DNA from: Deltaproteobacteria bacterium
GTDB taxonomy: Bacteria; JAGRBM01; JAHCIT01
Reading direction: 5' to 3'
DNA length: 64,000 nt
Assembly: GCA_026129095.1 (NCBI GenBank)
Contig: JAHCIT010000003.1
Coordinates: 186,001-250,000, forward strand
Shown: positions 58,085 to 64,000 of the stretch, piece after piece
Numbering within the stretch: position 1 is the stretch's first letter
Layout of the letters: each line of letters begins with the position of its first letter
Program-made: the position numbers and the translations under genes
The notes under the pieces: model-generated
What the model saw: only the letters and a program-made list of their open reading frames with translations
Told to the model about the DNA's origin: nothing
Database searches by the model: none

Positions 58085-59270
58085 TCCGCCGCCCGACTGC
58101 CTTGATGGCCTTTTTCGCTGTTTCAGCGGCCGTCAGGTTTTCATAGTCGTTGCGCCCAGCCACCCAGGCGAACACCTTTTCCAGTATCCGGGGTTCATAA
58201 AAACCCGCGGCAAGTCCAACCGGGTGCAGCGGCGAATACAGCATGTCGGCAAAAAACCGGTTGCGCTTCAGTTCGATTCCAAGCCCGGAGCTGTTCACTG
58301 CCCGTTCATATCCCCGCAGGGTCACGTCCCCGTCCTGTCCCAGCTTCCGGCAAATATGCTCCGCCGCCAGTTGTCCCCACCAGATCGCCTGGCGGATCCC
58401 TTCGGCCACCAGCGGATCAGAACCGGCGGCATCACCCACCAGCAGAACTCCGGGCGCCGAATACCGGGAGTGTCCGGCGGCAAACTCCCGGAAAGACCAG
58501 TGGTGGACCTGTTTTGGCGACACGTCATATCCATACCGGCTGGCCGTCCGAATGCAGTAGTCCCGAAGCGGGACCGGAGAACGCCCATGCCGCGAATACA
58601 CGCCGATCTTGGCCACAGGGTTTCCGGCAGTGTCACGTTCGGGGAACAGCCACGAGTAGCCGTTCACGCCGTCATGGATGGCCGTAAAATCGAACCGAAG
58701 GGTGTCTGGCGGAGCGGCTTTCAGTGGGGCTTCCACCTGCACAAGCTGGGAAAGCCCCCGTGATACCGGCTCAACAAACGTCCGCCGCACGATACTCCCC
58801 ACACCGTCTGCCCCAACGATCACTTTCGCCTGGATTGTGGCACCGGACGTGGTTTCGATACTGAACCCTCCCGGCTTCCCGGATATGGCCCTGACGGGCG
58901 AGTGCTCCCTGATGTCGATGCCATGCCCGCGGGCCGAACGGACAAGCCAGTGGTCCAGGGCGGACCGTTCGAACACGAACACCATCTCCGGCTCGCTGAG
59001 CGTGATCTGCCGTTGCCGGAATCGTATATCGACATGCCCGGCCCGGACGGCCTCGACCGGTGCCTTGTGCAGGTCAAGCCCGAGCGCATTGAAGAGAGGG
59101 ACCGCACGGCCCAAAACACCGCCGCCGCATAGCTTGGGCCGGGGGTGAACCGACTTTTCAAGAACAACGACGGAAAGCTGTGGCGCGAGCCGCTTGAGCG
59201 AGATCGCCGTGGACATGCCGGCAGGACCGCTTCCCACCACGGCGACATCCACGCCCTGGGCGGTGGTCAC
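58050..59270 (-). CDS. Geranylgeranyl reductase family FAD oxidoreductase
   Basis: GSGPAG, KLCGGG, GADG, GYSWLFP, VGDAAG.DP..AEGI. Confidence 0.85.
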   Translation of the reverse strand: MTTAQGVDVAVVGSGPAGMSTAISLKRLAPQLSVVVLEKSVHPRPKLCGGGVLGRAVPLFNALGLDLHKAPVEAVRAGHVDIRFRQRQITLSEPEMVFVFERSALDHWLVRSARGHGIDIREHSPVRAISGKPGGFSIETTSGATIQAKVIVGADGVGSIVRRTFVEPVSRGLSQLVQVEAPLKAAPPDTLRFDFTAIHDGVNGYSWLFPERDTAGNPVAKIGVYSRHGRSPVPLRDYCIRTASRYGYDVSPKQVHHWSFREFAAGHSRYSAPGVLLVGDAAGSDPLVAEGIRQAIWWGQLAAEHICRKLGQDGDVTLRGYERAVNSSGLGIELKRNRFFADMLYSPLHPVGLAAGFYEPRILEKVFAWVAGRNDYENLTAAETAKKAIKAVGRRIIGLSGPARRR

Positions 59271-60436
59271 CCGCTGCTCCGGATCCGCTGCCGGGCATGC
59301 AAAACCAGCAGTTCCGGAATGGACTGGATCGGGAGTATTTCATCCACGACGCCAGCCTCGATAGCCGACTTGGGCATCCCGTAGACGACGCACGTTTCCC
59401 GGTTTTGTGCGACGTTGTAACCGCCGGCTTCCCGGATCCGTTTCATCCCCCATGTTCCATCGCTTCCCATGCCGGTCAGCACGACGCCGATGGCTGCCGG
59501 ACCGAACACTTCGGCCACTGTGGAAAAAAGCACATCCGCCGATGGCTTGAGGAGCGATTCCGCCGGATTTTCGGTCAGACGGATGCAGAACTGGTTCGGC
59601 CGGTCCTGCAAGGGGGCCACAATCGTATGAATACCTCCGGGAGCGACATAGGCGACACCCGGCCTCAGCGGCATGCCGTCTTCCGCTTCACGGACCATGA
59701 GCGGGACCGTCCGGTCCAGATCCGCCGCAAATGACCGGGTGAACTTGGCCGGCATGTGCTGGACAATGACCACCGGAAGTTCAAAATCTTCTGGCAGTCC
59801 GCCCAGGAGATGCTGAAGCGCCTGAACACCGCCCGTCGAAGACCCGACCGCGACGATTTTTACCGGCGGAAATTCTGCCGGTACCGGCCGGATTCCACTC
59901 GCTGGCAGCACCGGCGGCCGCGATGATGCGGGGACCGGTCCCGAAACCGAGATCGTCCCCGGTGTGGCCGGTTTGTACCGCCGGGGCTCGACGGTACGTT
60001 CCAGCAGGGGTCGGGGCTGTGCTCGTGCGGCGATCTTGACCTTCCTGATCAACGCTTCCGAAATGGTGTGGATATCTACGGATACGACCCCAGACGGCTT
60101 TTCGATGAAATCGACGGCCCCAAGCCGAAGGGCCTCAACCGTCACTGCCGCGCCCTGCGACGTATAGGCGCTCACCATCAGGACCGGTACCGGATGGACG
60201 CGCATGATCTGTTCCAGCGTCTCGATGCCGGACATGCCCTCCATTTCGATATCGAGAGTAACGACGTCCGGCTCCAGGTTCCTGACCAGCTCAACCGCCT
60301 CGTAACCGTCGCGGGCCGTGGCGATTACCTGTATTCCTGGATCCCGTGAGATCAGGTTGGATATGGCCCGGCGCATGAAATTGGAATCATCGACGATGAT
60401 GACCTTGATCGGCTCATTCGATGGCGCTGACCCCAT
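59267..60436 (-). CDS. cheB: Chemotaxis methylesterase with receiver domain
   Basis: REC VDD/LDIEM/KP; GSSTGG, VQHMP, LTGMGSDG, VYGMP. Confidence 0.96.
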   Translation of the reverse strand: MGSAPSNEPIKVIIVDDSNFMRRAISNLISRDPGIQVIATARDGYEAVELVRNLEPDVVTLDIEMEGMSGIETLEQIMRVHPVPVLMVSAYTSQGAAVTVEALRLGAVDFIEKPSGVVSVDIHTISEALIRKVKIAARAQPRPLLERTVEPRRYKPATPGTISVSGPVPASSRPPVLPASGIRPVPAEFPPVKIVAVGSSTGGVQALQHLLGGLPEDFELPVVIVQHMPAKFTRSFAADLDRTVPLMVREAEDGMPLRPGVAYVAPGGIHTIVAPLQDRPNQFCIRLTENPAESLLKPSADVLFSTVAEVFGPAAIGVVLTGMGSDGTWGMKRIREAGGYNVAQNRETCVVYGMPKSAIEAGVVDEILPIQSIPELLVLHARQRIRSSG

Positions 60437-60472
60437 GCCGCATTCGCCCCGGTTACAATATCTGCCGCATCA

Positions 60473-61111
60473 TCAGTAGCCGCACCAGTCGAGCAGGTCA
60501 TCGAGTGAGCCCAGTTCCAGGGCATAGCCCGCACTTTCAACGAGCACCCCTTCCACATCGCCACGAACCAGCAGAAGCGCCTCGTCCGATGGAAGGCGGG
60601 AAAAATCGCTTTGGGACCAGCGGACATACCGGTTGCTCAGATCGGCATGGTCGGCGGCATAGACCCTCCCAAAGTCGTTGCGGTGTCCTTCCATCACCAG
60701 GCAGTGGGCATGGCCTTTCACGGCGAAAATGACGCGAAAATCGAGATCCTCACGGTCGGTTTCGCCAGCGATCTGCTTCTTGACGACCCAGGGAAGCAGC
60801 GAGAGATCAATCTTCCGGACTTCCGGTGCCTTGGCCGACGTCGCGGCCGGTTTCTCCTGAACGGGCTCAATCGGCGCCGGTTTTGCCTTTGAAATGGCCG
60901 GCTCATCGCTAAGCCAGCTTGCCGCGGCCGGCACGGCAATATCAGCCGGGTCCGGTTCCCGCGCATGAGATTTCGGTACAGGCGGCGCCACAGGCTTCCC
61001 GTCCTCCTTCGGCGGAGGAGGTGGCGGTGCCACCATCGGGGCCAGTCCGTGCGGTTCCTTCAGGTCGATTGACTCGGCGCCCTTGCCGAGCGTGCCGCGC
61101 TTTTTAGCCAT
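60473..61111 (-). CDS. Putative ParA partner: ParB-like N-peptide, Pro-rich linker, degenerate CheW-like C-domain
   Basis: GGAGG RBS; MAKKRGTLGKGAESI; PPPPPP linker; VIFAVKGHAHCL...LLVRGDVEGVLVES. Confidence 0.6.
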   Translation of the reverse strand: MAKKRGTLGKGAESIDLKEPHGLAPMVAPPPPPPKEDGKPVAPPVPKSHAREPDPADIAVPAAASWLSDEPAISKAKPAPIEPVQEKPAATSAKAPEVRKIDLSLLPWVVKKQIAGETDREDLDFRVIFAVKGHAHCLVMEGHRNDFGRVYAADHADLSNRYVRWSQSDFSRLPSDEALLLVRGDVEGVLVESAGYALELGSLDDLLDWCGY

Positions 61112-61857
61112 GTTTCCACCTCCAGGGCGAGCGCCCGGTAGTCCCGGGAACCATTTCCATTAGGGTCATACTCGAATATCGATAGCTCGTGCGATGGAGC
61201 CTCCTTGAGCCGCACAGTCGGACGGATAACCGACTGGAATACCCTGCCCGGGTAAGACTGTTCCAGCCGTTCGCGGACACTGGAGCTCAATCCGGCACGC
61301 CCATCATACTGGGTGAGAACGAAACCGAGGATCTCCAGCCGCGGGTTCACTTCCCGGACTTCCTCGATACGGGCCAAAAGCTGCGTGATGCCGATCAGCG
61401 AGTAGAACCCGATATCCACCGGCACGATCAGCCGGTCGGCCGCCGCCAGCGCATTCTGGGTGAGAAGCCCGGTGCTCGGGGGACAATCAATAACGATATA
61501 GTCATAGTCACCAGAAGCCCGGCCGAGCAGCGTGGAGAGGCGAAACAGAGACGTGTACCCGGGCGGCCATTCGCGCTCGGCTCGTGCGAGCTGGGGCGAA
61601 CCGCACAAAAGGTGGAGATTGCCCTTCTTGTAGAGGCCGTATTCGATGCCAAGATCGGGCCGCTCGAACAGGCTCCAGAGCGTTACCGGAGCTGCTGCAA
61701 CCGGTAGGCCGAATGAATAGCTGGCATTGGCCTGCGGATCGCAGTCGACGAGCAAGACCCGCGAGCCGTTCATAGCCCAGCAGGCGGCCAGACTTGTGGC
61801 GGTGGTTGTCTTGCCGCAACCGCCCTTCTGATTGGCTATAGCCAGCGTGATGCCCAC
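61060..61857 (-). CDS. ParA/Soj family ATPase within chemotaxis operon
   Basis: NQKGGCGKTTT, VDCDPQAN, IDCPP, YDGR, VRLKEAPS. Confidence 0.92.
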   Translation of the reverse strand: MGITLAIANQKGGCGKTTTATSLAACWAMNGSRVLLVDCDPQANASYSFGLPVAAAPVTLWSLFERPDLGIEYGLYKKGNLHLLCGSPQLARAEREWPPGYTSLFRLSTLLGRASGDYDYIVIDCPPSTGLLTQNALAAADRLIVPVDIGFYSLIGITQLLARIEEVREVNPRLEILGFVLTQYDGRAGLSSSVRERLEQSYPGRVFQSVIRPTVRLKEAPSHELSIFEYDPNGNGSRDYRALALEVETWLKSAARSARAPSQST

Positions 61858-61902
61858 GATATCAAGGCGCTCCGTCGGCCATCAAAGGCGGCAACCGGCC
61901 GC

Positions 61903-63498
61903 CTACAGCCGGAAGTCGCCGACGACCTTTCTCAGGTGTTCAGCCAGATCGAACAGGTTCTGAACCGTATTGGACTGCTCCTCGGCCTGATTGGAGACAT
62001 CCTTCGCCGAGCGGGATATCTGGTCCACAGCATTGGCCACCTCATCGGAAACACTGCTCTGTTGCCGTGCGGCATCTGCCATGGCGTTAATCATTTCTGA
62101 CACGTTCGTATTGGCACCGATGATTTCATGGAGCACCGCTTCCGTGCGCCCGGCCATCTCGGTTCCCTTGGTGACTTCCTTGGTAGCTTCCTGCATCACT
62201 GTCACGGCCCGGTCCGTATCCCGAAGTATCTCCTCGATGATGGCAGTAATCTGTGCCGTCGAATCGGTGGATTTTTCCGCAAGTTTTCGTACTTCGCTGG
62301 CGACCACTTCGAAGCCGCGCCCATGCTCGCCGGCGCGGGCGGCTTCGATGGCGGCATTCAGGGCCAGAAGGTTGGTCTGCGAGGATATTTCCTTGATGAC
62401 ATCGATGATCTGACCGATCTGCTGCGACCGCTCGCCCAGCGCACGGATGCTTTCGGCCGAACTGGTAACAATCTGTTCGACACGGGTGATGCCCTGGCGT
62501 GTTTCCTGAACCGCCTGGCCTCCACGGGAAGCGGAGCTGGAAGCCTTGGCACTGACTTCCTGCGAGCGGCTGGCATTCTCCGAGACAAGCTGGACCGAGG
62601 AGGCCATTTCCTCGATGGCGACGGCCATCTCCTTGGTCTTGAGGAACTGGTTCTCCGATGCCTGGGCCACGGCCCGCATGCCGACCAGGAACTGGTTCGC
62701 GGCCTGCGCCAGTTCATCGGTCTTGCGGTTCAGCCCGGAAAACACGTTCTTCAGGTTGACCGACATCTTGTCGAATGAATCGGTCAGTTCCCGGAGTTCC
62801 TGTATTTCCAGTGCCGAATTGTACTGGACTTTCTGGCGCAGATCACCATTCGATATGTTGTTGGCAGCCTGGGAAAGCTCCCGGATCGGCTGGGCAATCA
62901 GGGCCTGAAGCCCCATGATTACCAGAACAACCAGAACGACTCCTGCGAATGCCATGCCCAGAAACACCTTGTTCATGGCACCGGATACCTGCTCTTCGAC
63001 GATCTCCGCCGGCATGCCAAGCATCACAACACCGGTCGCGCTCTGGAGCACCTGGTCCATGATTGGCGCGGTCACGACGTTGAATACGCCCTGCCCCTGC
63101 ACCGGAATGGTGAACTTCTCCGGTTTTTCGATCCGTTCACCAAGTCTTGCGGTCTGTGCGAAATCATCTGCATGCGTGACAAGCTCGCCACCGCGGTAAA
63201 GCACCTTTCCCTGTATGTCGGCGACCAGCCAGATCTTGACCTCGCTGTGCTCTGCCACGATAGGCGGCAGTATCTGGTCGATCTGCTGGAGATCACCCAG
63301 CGTCAGGAGCCCCAGTTTCAGCAAACCTTCGACATTCAGCTTGGCATTGGTCACGAGAACCTGAATCTTCTCGAAATAACGGTCTTCAAGCGTTTGAGTC
63401 ACCGAATTGCGGACAACGAGAAAGCCCACCAGCGACATGAACATGATGACGATGGGCGGTCCGATCAGTACATATCCGATTCGAAAAGAGCGTTTCAC
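61903..63498 (-). CDS. Methyl-accepting chemotaxis protein
   Basis: Two TM segments, periplasmic domain, [27 protein letters not shown]. Confidence 0.96.
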   Translation of the reverse strand: MKRSFRIGYVLIGPPIVIMFMSLVGFLVVRNSVTQTLEDRYFEKIQVLVTNAKLNVEGLLKLGLLTLGDLQQIDQILPPIVAEHSEVKIWLVADIQGKVLYRGGELVTHADDFAQTARLGERIEKPEKFTIPVQGQGVFNVVTAPIMDQVLQSATGVVMLGMPAEIVEEQVSGAMNKVFLGMAFAGVVLVVLVIMGLQALIAQPIRELSQAANNISNGDLRQKVQYNSALEIQELRELTDSFDKMSVNLKNVFSGLNRKTDELAQAANQFLVGMRAVAQASENQFLKTKEMAVAIEEMASSVQLVSENASRSQEVSAKASSSASRGGQAVQETRQGITRVEQIVTSSAESIRALGERSQQIGQIIDVIKEISSQTNLLALNAAIEAARAGEHGRGFEVVASEVRKLAEKSTDSTAQITAIIEEILRDTDRAVTVMQEATKEVTKGTEMAGRTEAVLHEIIGANTNVSEMINAMADAARQQSSVSDEVANAVDQISRSAKDVSNQAEEQSNTVQNLFDLAEHLRKVVGDFRL

Positions 63499-63502
63499 GT
63501 CT

Positions 63503-64000
63503 TCACACCACCCGTTTGAACGATTTCACAAGTTTGCCCTCATCAAGCACCCTGACTTCCCGGTCGGCAAGTTCGAGTTGCAGTTCCCTGCCGGCATAGG
63601 TCTTGCCAACGAAAAAGGAACGATCCTCGGCCGTAATCCTGCCGTTGTCCGTTACCGTGGCTTTCAGGTTCCGGGCCGGACCTGCCGGACGCGGCGCCGG
63701 CGTCCTGGGTGCAACAGCCGGCTTTGCAGGCGAAGTGGCAACTGCAGATGCCCCCGACGGAGATGCAGATGGAGCAGCCTTTGCTGGCACCTCGGCGCTC
63801 GATTCACTCAGAACATCTTTCTCTTGCGGCGAGAATATCCGGTCCAGGTTCAGGATTGTGATCAGGCGACTGGCGATCTCGCAGACGCCTTCAAGAAAAT
63901 CGGCCTCCAGCCCCGCGACAAGCGCCGGAGGCGGCTCAATATGGTCTGCATTGATCTTGATAACCTCGAACACCATATCGACTTCGATGCCAACGAAGAA
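63503..64000 (-). CDS. cheW: CheW (3' part) with Pro/Ala linker and extra C-terminal beta domain
   Basis: Frame open to window edge: [14 protein letters not shown]...IEPPP...FLEGV...[11 protein letters not shown]. Confidence 0.85.
   Translation of the reverse strand, partial: FFVGIEVDMVFEVIKINADHIEPPPALVAGLEADFLEGVCEIASRLITILNLDRIFSPQEKDVLSESSAEVPAKAAPSASPSGASAVATSPAKPAVAPRTPAPRPAGPARNLKATVTDNGRITAEDRSFFVGKTYAGRELQLELADREVRVLDEGKLVKSFKRVV

Noticed and set aside
60473-61857. Chromosomal parAB locus
   Set aside because: Partner lacks the ParB CTPase (GERRxRA) and HTH domains; no parS seen; context is a che operon
63503-63720. Insertion sequence remnant
   Set aside because: Transposase-like segment is in frame with CheW; no DDE core, terminal inverted repeats or target duplication

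Overview
GC-rich (roughly 60-65% by eye) bacterial chromosomal segment of mostly housekeeping genes. A RomX-like protein, a MYXO-CTERM-like sorting tail and the general gene content point to a deltaproteobacterial lineage (Myxococcota/Desulfobacterota-like; inference). Contents: ptsP, a REC-GGDEF cyclase, a deoxyhypusine-synthase-like gene, tRNA-Ala(CGC), hemA/ccsA, a GntR-HNH-MinD-J/HTH-romX-rluD-pgeF-rho run, nadB, an Fnr-like regulator with a non-canonical cbb3 oxidase operon, glgP, bolA/truA/usg/leuB, an RRM protein, a 10-bp x13 tandem repeat, bioBFAD with a BirA operator, and the end of a chemosensory operon (cheW-MCP-parA-partner-cheB). No integrase, transposase or CRISPR array was seen. 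Most interesting observations: (i) a chemosensory ParA with a partner built from a ParB-like activating peptide, Pro-rich linker and degenerate CheW-like domain, next to a CheW with an extra transposase-C-terminal-like beta domain (candidate array-positioning system); (ii) an intact ORF that looks like a collapsed, catalytically dead Type IIG/Eco57I-like restriction-modification enzyme; (iii) a dif-like XerCD site right after rho; (iv) a perfect FNR box at class II spacing before a stand-alone cNMP-domain gene; (v) a Type II-like BioB. All family calls come from motif recognition by eye; no database searches were run.
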